Source: Marsupella aquatica
Taxonomy: Eukaryota; Plantae; Marchantiophyta
Reading direction: 5' to 3'
Length of the DNA: 64,000 bases
Assembly: GCA_973895155.1 (NCBI GenBank)
Contig: OZ316895.1
Coordinates: 14,008,225-14,072,224 of the forward strand
Under the pieces are notes generated by a model. The model was given only the letters and a program-made list of their open reading frames with translations, was not told the origin of the DNA and did not search any database. Shown here in pieces: positions 24,312 to 37,488 of this stretch. A program made the position numbers and the translations under genes. Numbering within the stretch: position 1 is the first letter of the stretch; the number at the start of each line of letters is the position of its first letter.

Positions 24312-26368
24312 TCAAAACATTTTCCTCTTTAGCCGACGCGAGCTTCCTTCTGCACAGCCGTCCTCAGGAGAATCGCCTGGTGGTGCAGCTGCTGGCGTCT
24401 CGCGCGCCCTGTTTCGGGAATTTTTGCGAATTGGTGTCCTAGCGGTAGGGATTCCCGCTGAAGGCTCTCCCCTCGCACGATGAGGCATCAATTCCTCCCC
24501 CTCTGCTACTGTCTCCTGCATGAGCTGCAGACCCAACAATCCGAAGTGCCAAAGTCATATTGATGTCCACATTCTTTCAACGGGAACTGAAGGAACCTCT
24601 CCAACAGGAAGTTGATTCCAAGCTGGGCTTTCGGAATATCATGAAATTCGAGGAGAAACGATCTGTATTACTCACCCGCCAACACTGGAAGTCCAACCGG
24701 AACACAAACTGGGTGTTCAAAACTTCCCCCGTCGCTCGATCTGCATGTGCTGGAGCGTGTCGAGGAACTGCAGAAAGGCGAATAGAATTAACAGAGTACA
24801 CCGCTCGTCTTTGTTGTAGTAGCGAAGACATTGAGCTAAGGACATGAGCAGACAAATCACTAAAGCAAGGAAAGAGTGGGAGCATACCAACGACTTGACT
24901 TCCATTGTCAGTGACCTTAAACTCCACGTTGCCTTCCTTGACGAGAAACGACAGGGCGAACAAATTCTCAATAGTTTGAGCAAACGATCCTCTGTTGAAC
25001 ACCAGATGATCTAACTGACACTGTTGACGCTCAATCAGAATTTGGAACATGGTCTTCATGTTGGCATCGGTCTCGGTACTCGGCTTATCGGCATCTGCTT
25101 CCTCCACCTAACGCAAAGGACAACTTCCATCAAATACCTCGTCGAATCCAAGTAGCTCGTTCTCTCGTACGCATCGGGCGAAAGTACATAATTTTAATTC
25201 TAATTCACAATAAAATCTTCCAAGCTCTACAAGCATCTACGAATTTGAATCTGTCATTTCGCACAAGCAAGAGGGGAAGCAGGATGTCTCCCCTATCTAT
25301 CCCAATCCATCACTCAAATACAAGCACGGTTCGTTCTGCTTTTCCTGCTCTTCTCAACCACTTTCCTCAAAACCTTGGGGAAGGTCTTTGAGGTCAATTC
25401 AACAATGTCGAAGATTCAGCAGAATCTCACCTGTTGAGGGCGCGTTTTCTCAGTTGGCCTATCTCGCCTTCTCGGACCGATTGTTTTCCTCGCTTTCACT
25501 TCGACATCCATAGGCCCAATCCTGAGTCACCAGCTTGGCTTTGTCAGATACGACATTGCCTTGCAATGCACCGAAAGGCGCGCATTCGTCACTCGCGAAT
25601 CACAATTCAAATTCAAGTCTTTAAAATACTCACATAGTGGACATGCCAGGAGCAAGGCGGAGAATTCCGCACGCCTCGAGGCCCAAGGCTTCCCAGTCCA
25701 AAGATTGGCCCGGATCTCCATTGGCTGGCCCTGGCAAGCCGTAGGTGTGAATTATGGCTCCCACAAACTCAGCCGCGGACATTCCACCCTTAGTTTGTGC
25801 CCCCTTGGCGAGGACCAGGACCTCGTTTGTGAGGTTGTTCAGCAGCTCGGCATCCTCAATTTGCTCACGGGGCTTGGTCACTGGCAAATTCAGAGAGGAA
25901 TTGTACGACTTTCAGTTCATTAACTTAATCACAACCACATCAGTATTATGAACGATAAACAAAGAAGACGCCGAGAGAAAGATTTACCATGTGCGTAAAG
26001 TTTTTCCGCTCTTTTAACGATGTCCACGAAGTCCCCATCAGCGTGAGCCAGCTTACCTTTGCTGTCTGCACAACGTAAAGAAAGCGAGTTAGGTAGGCAA
26101 GCACTTAAGAGACAATGTTATGACAGCGAGGGAAAAGCACTAGCGACAGAATTATGAGCCAGGGCTTACCATTAAAGTGACTTTTGAGCTCACGGTATTT
26201 GGAGCGCAAAATCCGTCGATCACCGTCGGCCTTCTCGAAGCTAGATACCCTTTCCGCTGGAGTTTCTTCTTCGATATCGATCACATCCTCGACAGTCACA
26301 TTGTCGTTCACTCGACTTGGTTCCCCCCTGTCCGCCCTCAATCCTCTCTCTCTCTTCGCTCGCATCAT
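24312..26368 (-). CDS. NSE4: SMC5/6 complex kleisin NSE4, multi-exon
   Basis: Exons encode DRRILRSKYRELK, KPREQIEDAELL, MSTMLGPM-like segment, TETDANMKTMF, VFNRGSFAQTIENLFALSFLVKEG, FVFRLDFQCWR and GEELMPHR, which are Nse4-family motifs. Confidence 0.9.
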
Positions 26369-26828
26369 GATTCTGTGATATGAGGTCGTACAAGGCAAAG
26401 AAGGTCAATAAATTACGGATAGGGCATAAATTGCGGCCCGGGTGGAAACTTTCCTTCCACAGAGGACCAGTGTAACAATCTGCCTGTAAACCCTGCGCCA
26501 GCCAGCCAACCAATTGGTGCTCGACTATCAATTGGCGAAATTTCCTATTGACAAAGTCGCCCGCCGTCGAGAAAATCGCACTGTCCTGAACCGCAACCTT
26601 CCATCATCACCGAATTGACGGAGTTCGTTTCGCCCTTGCCCTGATCTCGCCCAATCAAGGAGGACCTCGACCAAAGCGGACACCTCCATCTCATGCTCCA
26701 AGCACGTCACGGCGCATCAAGTCGCGCCACAATCACTCCAACGTCTCAGTCGACAATTCTCACCAGTACACGCCTCGACTGGCGTTGTCTCAACTCCACT
26801 GCTCCCGATTCCGCCCCACTCCAGTCCG

Positions 26829-26863
26829 CCTCCCTCCCTCCCTCCCTCCCTCCCTCCCTCCCT
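26829..26863. repeat. (CCCT)n microsatellite
   Basis: About 8 CCCT units upstream of the NSE4 start. Confidence 0.85.
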
Positions 26864-29646
26864 CCAGCGCGCCCGCCAACTCGCCGCAGCAATTCTTTCG
26901 AAGGGAGATTTCAAAGGGTCGACAGTTACTCTCCCATCACTCACTCAATCGTCTCGCTCGCCGCTGCAGAACTACAGGACTGAAGATCTCTACAGCAACC
27001 ATCGAAGAACTACAAGAGAGGCTGAGAAAGCGGAAGCGAAGCTGCACCCGACGGACCAAATAGAACAATGGAGGGAAGAGAAGCGAACGAAAGATTTCAA
27101 ATCCAATCTCGAAATCGCCAACACTTACTCTCTCCCCCTCACTCTCACTCTCTCAGCACCAGCAGTAGAGAAGTCTCTCCACACCATCACCGACGAACGG
27201 AAAAGCTACTGGAGAGACAGAGAAGGGGAGAGCGGAGCTGCTGCACCACCGCAAACACAAAATGTCGAAAGAAGCAGTGCTGAAAATGGCAATCAGCACG
27301 ACCGATTTCGGCATCCACGACCAACGAAGAACACGAACGTAAACCTGTTCAATGTCGTCAAAGGAGAGAAACCTTCCTCTACAAATCCTTCGACATCACA
27401 CCAGACCTAACCCCGTAGCTGCCGTCATCAACCGGTCTCACGATCCCCCCGCATCTGGGAACCTCGGAGGATACAACGGTTGAGATTGAGAATCACTCAC
27501 GCAATGATGACGTGGGAAACTCCCAGCCTTCGATCCTGCAGCGAACCGACGGTCATTGTCACAAAGGATCCGATGGTTTACTGGCTCCGACGGTGCCATC
27601 GACTGAGAAGCTTCTCCCTTACGCGTTCACTCTTGACCAGGGGCCAATGGCCTCGACAGGCGGTAATAATGGGGAAAATATTTCGAATAGTGTTTTTCGA
27701 AATCGTGGGATCTCGGCCTTACACTTTGAAATGGACGATCCGGATTCTATTTTGAATGATGCGTTCGAATGCTTCGCGCGTAAGGCATGAGGGCTCCGCT
27801 ACAACCGAGCAATGAACCGAGCGACGGAGCGTGGTTAGCCGTATCTGACTACAGTACAGTGAGAGCGAGGTGCGCAGCGACCTTGGTACCTTACAGTAGT
27901 GGAGGAGGCGTTTACGGGATGGCTGATCGCGACCTCCATCCACTCCTACGGTCGGACGGTCAGTAGGGACTGTCCTGTGCCGTCAGCAGTCGCCGTCAAT
28001 GGGGGTACTTTTTGTGCTTTTGGGACTAATTGGACTGTTCATTGACTCATCATCTCATTGGCCATCTCCTGTACAGGATTCCAATTGTGCAGAAGTGCTT
28101 CCTAAAATAGAATTGGTAATAATGTAGGATATCTCACTTTTATAGTTTTACGGACCCCATATGAGAATCCAAAGTCTTTTAGCTCGAGGTGATTGTCCTC
28201 ACACATGCCACAAAAGTGGTTCACATCTTCCAAGTTCTAGCCTATGTCCCCGAGTCCGAAACTGGGATGGGATCTCCGAATGTTCCTTCTCCCTAGACTT
28301 AAGACGAGCCATCAGGTACTGAACATTGGGCCCTAGGGTTTGGTCAATATCTGGCAAAAGGGATCCCAAAAAATTATTGGCTAAATGTTTTTGCGAAGGC
28401 AGATTTTGGAGAAATCTACCCTTAGAGAAAATATTGTACTTGTGACTCAAGGTCTACAGTAGTAGAATTATCTAGGCACTATTTCCGTACCTTGAACTTT
28501 CAATCAACTCACTGCATACATCTGATTTTGGGTTCTTATCTTCAATGTCTCCCTATGGCCAACTTTCCTTGTTGAATCCAAGCACCTTTCAAATTCACTA
28601 GCCCTAGTACCCACTCTTTGAACACTAGTAAACGTGAGACCTACATCACAAAAGTGGGTTATATATTCATTTAATATCCAGATTGTTAGTACATACAAAT
28701 GTAGATCAAATTGACAAAGCATTTTGGATATTGACTTCCTTTCCGCATTAATGTATTTATCTTCAATGTATATCCAGTATATTAGGTGATATTATTGATC
28801 TGGTGTCATAGAAACAACATCAAACAGATGTACAAATTTGTACTAATCTGTTCTACATTTAGTAAACATCCAAATGACCCAAAATGATTTTTGTGATGTA
28901 AGCTTAATCTATTCACTTCACACGTCCATCCACCACCGTTGTCCCCTAACATGAGAGTCTAGAGTAAACTGTAATGTAAAGCTGGTAACAAATTTTATAA
29001 CGAGACAAGCAAACACTAATCCCAAAATCCCATTGCACAGCATGTGATGGGCACCCTCTTCCATAAAGTACGCCCAAAAACCATTAAAAAAAGGACAAAC
29101 AGAAAACTCTGGATGCAATTCTGTTCCGTAAAATACAGTAAAATACAAACATCGAAGAACAATACAAAAATGTAGATGGTCATTCTCTTCCATTACAGGT
29201 AAGTAAACTTAGAGCATCTCCTACGCAGCGTGGTTGGCTTACGGGAACGGGTTTCCCACCAACCCCGTTAAGAAATATTAAAAGAACAGCCCCTACGGGA
29301 GAATGGGAACGGGACCGTATTTTTCGTTGACGGGGTTTTCTCTTGCGGGAACGGGATTGTGGAGGCCAAATGCCGCTTTGCCCTATCCACGGGGTTCTTG
29401 ACTGGATTGCAGCAGATATGGATCGTACGGTGGAGGAAAGTCGGTCTTCCGTGCGGGAAGGAGGCCATGCAGAGAAATTTCCCGCTAATGTTCAAGCAAA
29501 AGCTCCTCAATAGAAATGGTGTGCAGCAGTCGAGACTTGCCACTCTGAATCGATGCTCCTCCGAAGCTATGAACTATCATCAATCTTCCTGAACTTGCTG
29601 GCCGTTTCTTCAGTAGCATCTTGCTGTGATTTTTTGATTTTCCACC

Positions 29647-30783
29647 ATGGCTCCAGTCGATAATGCAGCTGCGAAGAAGGGCAAGAAGCAGGCAAATTTT
29701 TCCAATATCAAAATCGAACAGATTGCAAGGTCGTGGCTAGCATGCAGCGGCAATTCCATCAATGGAGCACAGCAGAAATCTGATGTCTATTGGACAAAGA
29801 TTGAGCAGCATTTTCAGAAATCCATGGCAGAATTTAGGCGAAAATATCCAGGTGTGGTGAAGAATGTCCCCAGGTCCATCAGATCATTGAGTTCAAAGTG
29901 GGGTGAGCTTAATCATGACTGTGCCAAATTTTCTGGAGCAATGTCCACGATCATTGAATTGAATGAGTCTGGAACCAATGAAGACGAGCAAATGGAGAAG
30001 GCTAGAGCTCTCTACCAACAGACACATAAGAAGGGCTTGGAATTTTCGTACGAAGGTGCTTGGAAAATTTTGAAGGACTCTCCAAAGTGGCAGATCGCAG
30101 CAAGAATGCAGGAGAAGCATTTGGAGAGAGTATTAAAGAGAAAGAACGGGAAGCAAGCTGCCAATACTCCAGCTGATGTTGAAAGTCCAGACAAGGATTC
30201 TGGAATCCATGCTGGAACTCCAGAGATGGTCACCGATAGGCCTTTGGGGAATAAAAAAGCAAAAGAGTTGGCAGCTATTGAGCGGAAGGCAACCAAGACC
30301 AAGAGTGCATTGGCAGAGTCTACATCGCTGATTGCAACTGCCCTGAATCGAAGGGCAAAGGCTATGGAGTCAGTTTTTGAGATCCAACTATTCCAAGTTA
30401 ACCTGGGCTCACTGGATGATCGAGCCAGAAACTTTGTGTTGCTCAAACGGGAGGCAGCAGAGGCAGAATTGCAAAAGCAACTCAAGGAAGTTGAACCTTT
30501 CAGGAAGGAGGTGGTTGAATTACCACTGGATTTACCTAAAAGTGTGGCTGATCAAGAGAACCAGGATCCAGAGGCCTGGCATTCACCTGACAATGGATCT
30601 TGGCACGAGGAATCAAATGAGGAGTTAGAAGAGTTAGCATTGCATCAATCTGGTCACTCCAACCCCATCAATCTATCAGATATGCCAGATAGGGAATGTG
30701 AAAATGTTGGGGTTTCTTCAGTAGAATTCAGCAATCCCACCTTTCACTACCAGGATGTGCAGTCTCTCTATCAGTTCATGTAG
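29647..30783 (+). CDS. Harbinger/Pong Myb/SANT-like DNA-binding protein (NAM-associated C-terminal region)
   Basis: IARSWL...GAQQKSDVYWTKI...RSIRSLSSKW, F.YEGAWKILKDSPKW and RPLGNKKAK; intact 378-aa ORF inside the TIRs. Confidence 0.88.
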   Translation: MAPVDNAAAKKGKKQANFSNIKIEQIARSWLACSGNSINGAQQKSDVYWTKIEQHFQKSMAEFRRKYPGVVKNVPRSIRSLSSKWGELNHDCAKFSGAMSTIIELNESGTNEDEQMEKARALYQQTHKKGLEFSYEGAWKILKDSPKWQIAARMQEKHLERVLKRKNGKQAANTPADVESPDKDSGIHAGTPEMVTDRPLGNKKAKELAAIERKATKTKSALAESTSLIATALNRRAKAMESVFEIQLFQVNLGSLDDRARNFVLLKREAAEAELQKQLKEVEPFRKEVVELPLDLPKSVADQENQDPEAWHSPDNGSWHEESNEELEELALHQSGHSNPINLSDMPDRECENVGVSSVEFSNPTFHYQDVQSLYQFM

Positions 30784-31675
30784 TCAACACGACTACAGGC
30801 AAGCGATACTCAGATTTGCCAGGTTGAGCTTGTAGAGTAATTTTGTAGCTGAAACAATTTATTCTACAAATTGTAGCCATGCAATTTGTTGTGTGGTGTT
30901 GTACGTAAGTAATTGCATGTGTTGTATGCAGCTTCTTTAATATTGGAATTCGTACTACAAGCTGTTCATACGTTGTGCAAGGTACATATATGTGTCTCGA
31001 TTGCTTTCGGTTGTGTCAGTGTCTTTGAATTTATACTTCTTTATATATAGAGAAGTGAACCAGATTTTTATGAATTGAGCATTTAAACCTGATTGCCAAG
31101 TTACACTATTGATATCGTCCCTTCTAATATTTTAGACCATAAGATTGCAGTACAAGAGACTACGTAACAATACAAATGAGAAAAGCAACCTATGACAATA
31201 AGACGATGGGCATTGGGCATTGCGTAGACATGCAAGTTGCCAGGGAAGCACCTTCAGATAATCAGTCTGTAATATTTTATGTAGTGTTCAACTCTCCAAT
31301 AAAGTAAATTCTCCAAAGACTTGTGGGGCCGTATATACTTGCACCTACAAGGTATGAATTGCTGCAACTGACCTGTCAGTGGCTCCCACACCTTTTATGC
31401 TCAGGGTTGTGCACTCTCACCAATGCTCAGAGTTTTGCACTCTCACCAATGCTACGTACTTTGAAGGTAGCAAATCCAAGGCAATGAGAGAAAAGAATCA
31501 GGTAGCATAGACCTAACACACGAGGTCTCCCAGACTAGGCACAGTCGCAAGTTTAGGATAGAAAGGTATCCCAAAAGCAAGGTCTTTATATATAGAGAGA
31601 CAATTTCAGATTCAGAATTACATTGCTAGCCCGACTGCTAGCCTAGCTCTCACAAGCAAGCCTACGTACAACAGA

Positions 31676-32991
31676 TCACTCGTCCTCTGAATCTCCACGA
31701 ATTTGCCACAAGTGTTCAATTAAGTTTGCTTTCAGTTGTTGAGCAGTCGCAGCATCGCTGATTTGTCTCACACCATGAGTCAACCCAACAAAATTAAGAG
31801 GAGCCCGTGGCCTATGCTGCCACTGCACCTCAGGCCCATCAAAAAGGTAATCATGTGTCAAATCAGGATCTCCATGCTCGTCCTCAATAATCATATTATG
31901 TAATATCACTCCAGCTTTCCAAATCAACTGCATTTGGTCTCTGCTCCACCATCGAGAGGGATTACGAACCATGGCAAAACGGGCTTGCAACACCCCAAAG
32001 CAACGCTCAACATCTTTCCGAACTGATTCCTGCCTTTTAGCAAACCACTTCCGCTTGGCACCTTGAGGCTCACTGATCGTCTTCATGAAGATGGTGTAGT
32101 CTGGGTATATTCCATCTGTCAATAGGTAGAACATTTTGTAACCATGACCATTCACATCGAAGGTCACATCTGGTGCCACTCCATTCAACAGGTTGACAAT
32201 GAGAGGCAAACGATCAATGACATTGATGTCATTGTTGGAACCTGGGATATCGGCAAAAGCATGCCAAATCCACAAGTCAGACGTGGCAATCACTTCTAGA
32301 ACTATGGAGTTCAATCCATCCTTGTCCCGAAATTGGCCTTGCTCTCCTACGGGACAATTTTTCCAGGTCCAGTGAGTACAATCAAGGCTGCCAAACATTC
32401 CGACAAATCCTCTGGCCCGGTTGATTTCCATGTGCTTTCGAACATCAGTCTCCGTAGGGTGACGAAGGTACTCTTCTCCAAAGCAATTGACAAGTGCTTC
32501 AACAAAATGCTTGAATGATCTAATTGTAGTTGATTCCCCAATTCGAACGTACTCATCCACAACATCCCCAACACTCCCGTAGCACATGATCCGTAGAGCA
32601 GCTGTCATCTTTTGAAGGCTGCTAATTCCAGCCTTGCCGACAGCATCTGGCCTTTGCACGAAAAAATCATCCTCCTCCAAAATTGCATTGTGAATTCTGA
32701 GGAAAACTTCTTTCCTCATGAGAAATCTACGTCGAAATAAATGAGATGGATAAGTTGCTACAGCAGAGAAGTAGTCATCCCAAATCCTTGCATGGCCTGC
32801 AGCATGGTCACGAAATAAATTAGGAGAACGGCCTTGGAGCCTCCATGTTTTCGATTCAAAACTTCCAGTGTTTCTTCCAGGCTCTCTTGTTCATCCAATA
32901 ATTGAAGAATGTGATCAGCAAGCACTTCGTCTATCTCATCGTCATAATCTACTCTATCTCCAACCCACTGGTTGAATGCAGCAGAATCCAT
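31676..32991 (-). pseudogene. Pong-type DDE transposase with one frameshift near 32831-32835
   Basis: GSLDCTH, LTDGIY and RKDVERCFG give DD35E spacing. The N-terminal ORF 32758..32991 joins ...RSPNLFRDHAAGHARIWDDYF...FRRRFLMRK only through a frame change. Confidence 0.9.
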
Positions 32992-34289
32992 ATTGTCTAT
33001 GGATCACAATTGTAAATTGTTGTACAGACCAGGGCTTCAAGCAATGCCGCAGGATTGAGAATGATTGGAATGGGATTTCAGGATTTCATAATTAGAGCAT
33101 TGTAGAGTGTATCCTTTGGTGAGAGATTCAACATATGTATTAAGATATATTCCATTCCTTCCAGGCCATAAGCATTCGCAGATTACTTGGACCTAAATTG
33201 GACACTTCGTGTATCAGTTTTTGGTGGAGCAATTTGTGCTGCAAGCGCCCATTGATTGAGCCCTCCACTCGGCCCTCCATATGGATGAGACAGAATTGAA
33301 TTATTACTGATGAAAGGCAAGAAGACAATGTACACACGTAGAACCTTTCTAGAATGGAGGCGCTGGCCATGATTGAAAGCTTGGGTCAACTGGGCAATGT
33401 CCACAATAGGGAGGAGGATTCCGAGCGGGACGGCATTGCCAGGCTTGAAAATGGAGCGAGACCCTTTGAGCAGGCCACGTCTCTTTTCTGGAGTCCAACA
33501 TGTGTATGCAAGGAACCCCGTACTTAAAATATCCCGTATCCATTGGGGTTGGACTCTGGCATGACTCAGCCCATACACCCCGTATACTAAAGTTAGAGTG
33601 TCAGAATATGAGGTATTTAATGTATACAGTGAGTGAACCCCGTTAACCTAGGAGATGCTCTTACACAGATACAAATCGTCAAGGGACTGGAAGTTCCTAA
33701 ATTTCAAAAACCTTGGAAGTATTTGAGTTCCTAAATTTCAAATTTTGGTGGATGCATAATCTGGCGCCCAATCTGGCTAATAAAGTCGCAGGGTAATAAT
33801 TAATTAAGTAGTGGAGCCCCCAAACTGATTGGGGGCAAACAGGCACTAGTCTACAGGAAGATTCTGCCTACTGCCAATGTATAATTTGGATTCGGGGGGC
33901 AAAAATAGGCACTACTAGTCTAGGGAGGTTCTGCCAAAGTAATTGAAGGCAAGAGGAATGATGCTCTGCAGTCTGCCAACCGCCGCCAAAGCGCAGAGGG
34001 GATCATAAACAGAGCCCGCAAACGTCCAAAAGACGCTGACGAATGCGGGATATAATGCCGTGCGAAAAAAGTGAGCGTGCGACACAGAAAATGCTGAAAT
34101 GCACCCCACGGTTCGGCTCTGCAGAGAGAAGATTAATTAATTTACTGCCTGGTGGTTCTAGTCTCCAGGCCTAGACTAGTCGTACTGCAGGGGTCTATTA
34201 TTTGGCTGCCCGCCTTAAGATTCCAGAACTAGAGTAGCATTGCCGATTTATGACGTTGACGAACTTCATACAAGAGACTGGGTGAGAGC

Positions 34290-34566
34290 CAGTGTATTTT
34301 TTAAGCATTTCACTTTTTGGCCAGAGTGGCGAATGTAAAATGTGTGAAGGAGACGATGCTCAAAACATTCTCTATTCAATTATTTTCCTGACCATCAGAT
34401 CTCCATAGATTTAAGGCCGACCGTTAGATTCTGGCTAATGGGGCCTGGGATTAGGTGGAACACTGCCTAATGAGACAGCAAAAAAGTAGCAAATTTTAGC
34501 CAAACATGGCGAAAGATTTTTGGGGAGATGGAATCTAGCAAATTTTTGGCACTTAAAAAAACACTG
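34290..34566. mobile_element. hAT-superfamily MITE (277 bp)
   Basis: TIRs CAGTGTATTTTTTAAG / CTTAAAAAAACACTG, with 8-bp TSD GTGAGAGC at 34282-34289 and 34567-34574. Confidence 0.88.
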
Positions 34567-36988
34567 GTGAGAGCCAAGGGAGTTCATGTGGATGGTTTGT
34601 GAAAAACGCAAAGGACATCACTGAGCTTCGACAAGGCTTGTAAGGGGTTTTTGGCTCTTTGGTTATCTTGCTTGGGTCTCCTTGGGCTTTTTGGCTACTA
34701 GCTTGATTGCCCATTCCTTGAAAATAACTAGATATGAAAACAGAAAAACCCTCTCAAAAGAACAATTCATATTTTCCATTCATCTTTGGCCCCATCCCCA
34801 TTTTCTTGGTTCACCTTCACTTTCAGTTTTCTCTTTAATGAGAGTTAGGGTCTAGAGGCTTCACTCTAGAGTAGCCTTTGAAATTAATCTTGCATTGAGC
34901 TTTCATAGTAAGATTTGGTTGTCTCCCCTTGGTTCTGTCTATGACCGGATCATTGCCAGCTGGGCATCTTTCGTTTCTGGCAATTTGTTATATATTTACT
35001 ACAATTCTTTGGGTGACCCTAAGTTGCTGTCCATTAGATGCTGTCCAAGTGCTGCCTGTTGTCGTGTCAATTAAATGATAGTAGAATGAACTCCAATTTT
35101 TCTAAACTCGTTTTTAATGAAAGTGTTTGCAAAGTACCAAAATTGACTAAGGTTTTCTTAAACAGATTTATTTGCTAGCCTAGATTATTTGTTAACCCCC
35201 ATTTTGTCAGAGATATGCTTGATGGACCCCCTACCAGAAAGAAGTTTCCTTATCAGCCCCCACCAATTTTTTTTCACTAAGGAGTCCCCCTCAGAATGAA
35301 CCCTACACTGGGTATTTTAGTTGTGAAATTGGGGTCTCGTCTACCTGGTCTAGGAGTCTCCTGGTGAGACTTGCCTGCCCAGCTCGAGATTCCAGTGGGT
35401 TAAACTCATATATCTGATAGCATGATTAGATTCAGGGTAACTTAAGGGAATGTTAGATCCACCCCATGGATTTACTACATACATCACAATCTTAGCCATT
35501 GATCTAGCAGACTTTCAGATTTTGACTCAAGATTAAAGCGGGGTGATCTGAGCTATTTGAGTGAATATATTAAACACACCCACAAGTTTTACAGTATGTT
35601 AGATTGTACAGTTGAGTACAGTATACATTTTATATGTTGGATTGTACGGTATACGTTTTGGTCCTTAGCAAATGACTTAATTGTCAACTGGGGGGTGGAC
35701 AACTTTGATTGAGCTCACTCCTTTCATTGGCATACAGACAATCATGCATCAATTACACATGCTTTGGTTTGCCTTGTGTTGTGCCTCCCCTGCGAGGCTT
35801 GCACTTCACTCTTGGTTTGTGATATCTTCACCTTGGCGTGGCTGTCTAGGTCTTAGTTGGGATCAATTTCTTTGTACTCGATGTGCGTGGTTGGTGATGA
35901 AGATCTTAAAGGAGGCAGCCTGGTGGCCATCGTTAATTAAATATTGGCCTACCTTTCTTTTTTATTCTACTAAAGTATTTGAATGCAATGTCACAAACAG
36001 TACATGAGAAATGTGGTCTTGTTGCATTTCCTTGTATAGGTGGGGGATACTCTCTGTATTGCATGTCTTGGTTTCGAGCTGAGGTTATTCAGAATTTTTG
36101 GATTTAGTCCGATCAGAAAGTTTTTCTGAGCTAACACATGAATACGTCCGTACCTGTGAGATGCCTTGTAAATCAATCACAACTCTTTATTCATTTCTTT
36201 CAATTTTCATTGGACTTTGTGCAATTCGCAAGGCTTCAATACTTCAATGAATGCAGGAAATTGCTACATGAAACGTAATTTGCATTTGAGAAGCACTACA
36301 ATAATGTTGGACAACAAGATATGTTACAGGAGCTTTCTGGAGAGGGCTCCTACAGGAAGTGAAGACTGTTCTGGAGAAAGAATGATCATTGTTGCTGTAA
36401 CTCGCACAGATCAGTCACCTCACGAGCTGAGCTTATACTGTTGAAGGAACCTGTTCAATCAGCAATGCCAAGAATTGCCCAATTGGTTAGGAAGTTCGAT
36501 GCAATTAGCATGTCAACGTTTCAGGTAGTGGAGCAATCGTTCAACTTTTCAATCAACCATGGTTCCATCAAGATGATCCAGGAACCTTTAGCATAAAGAA
36601 TTCCGTGATTAGAGGACAGCATTTTACTCTGGTTTCACTCGAGAATCAGCAGACCTGGAATTGAGCTCGCAGTGACACCGGCCTGTTCAAGTCACCAACA
36701 TACAGGAAAAGGGATTCGACGTGAACTCCCAGCAGACGGCACGTTCGACGCTCCACAACTCGGGTGGAACACATTCGCTGCTTGCCAGAGTGCAAAGCCT
36801 GTACAAAAGAAACGCACAACACTTAGAACATGTTTTAGATTGAGACTATACAATGTGGCTTAAATCCCGTAGTTACACCCCAGCCATCAAAATCTAACCC
36901 ATCTGCTAGAATTAGGAAACTATCTGCCACATCAAAGTTATCAAAAGTAATCAAATTAAATCAACGTGGTGGTTAGTCATAGCGCAGC

Positions 36989-37488
36989 TTTTCTATCTTC
37001 AAAGGATGGTGTCATACACATTCAAGGCGCGCCATCACAACGTCACTCAACACCAACCTTAGGGTTTTTCGTTTTCCTCTAATGTATTGGGATGCAGAAC
37101 TCTCCCAACAAGCTCAGCCTTTCTGCTGAGAGGTAGTGCAGACTATTCAGGATGTCAATTGCCTATTCTTCACCACAACCCGTCTTCATTCCATCCTTCC
37201 TCAAATGGAACTGATGAAGTGTGCATACTGAGTCTCAATCCTTCTATCTTCAAAGGATCGTGTCATACACCTTCAAGGCGAGCCATCACAACGTCACTCA
37301 ACACCAACCTTTTTCGTTTTCCTCTAATGTATTGGGATGCAGAACTTTCCCAACGAGCTCAGCTTTTCTGCTGAGAGGTAGTGCAGATTATGCAGGATGT
37401 CAATTGCCTATGCTTCACCACAACCCGTCTTCATTCCATCCTTCCTCAAATGGAACTGATGAAGTGTGCATACTGATTCTCAATCCCT
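36989..37488. repeat. ~250-bp tandem duplication overlapping the PPR stop codon and 3' UTR
   Basis: TTCTATCTTCAAAGGAT...GGAACTGATGAAGTGTGCATACTGA..CTCAATCC occurs twice (from ~36990 and ~37242) with few substitutions. Confidence 0.9.

Larger units (their letters stand above)
29212..33660. mobile_element. Complete Pong-like PIF/Harbinger DNA transposon (4449 bp)
   Basis: Perfect 12-bp TIRs GAGCATCTCCTA (29212-29223) and TAGGAGATGCTC (33649-33660), flanked by TTA TSD (29209-29211, 33661-33663). Contains a Myb-like ORF and a DDE transposase. Confidence 0.95.

Noticed and set aside
28000-29200. Degenerate gene or TE interrupted by the Harbinger insertion
   Set aside because: A donor-like CAG|GTAAGT precedes the TSD, but no coherent ORF or motif could be reconstructed.
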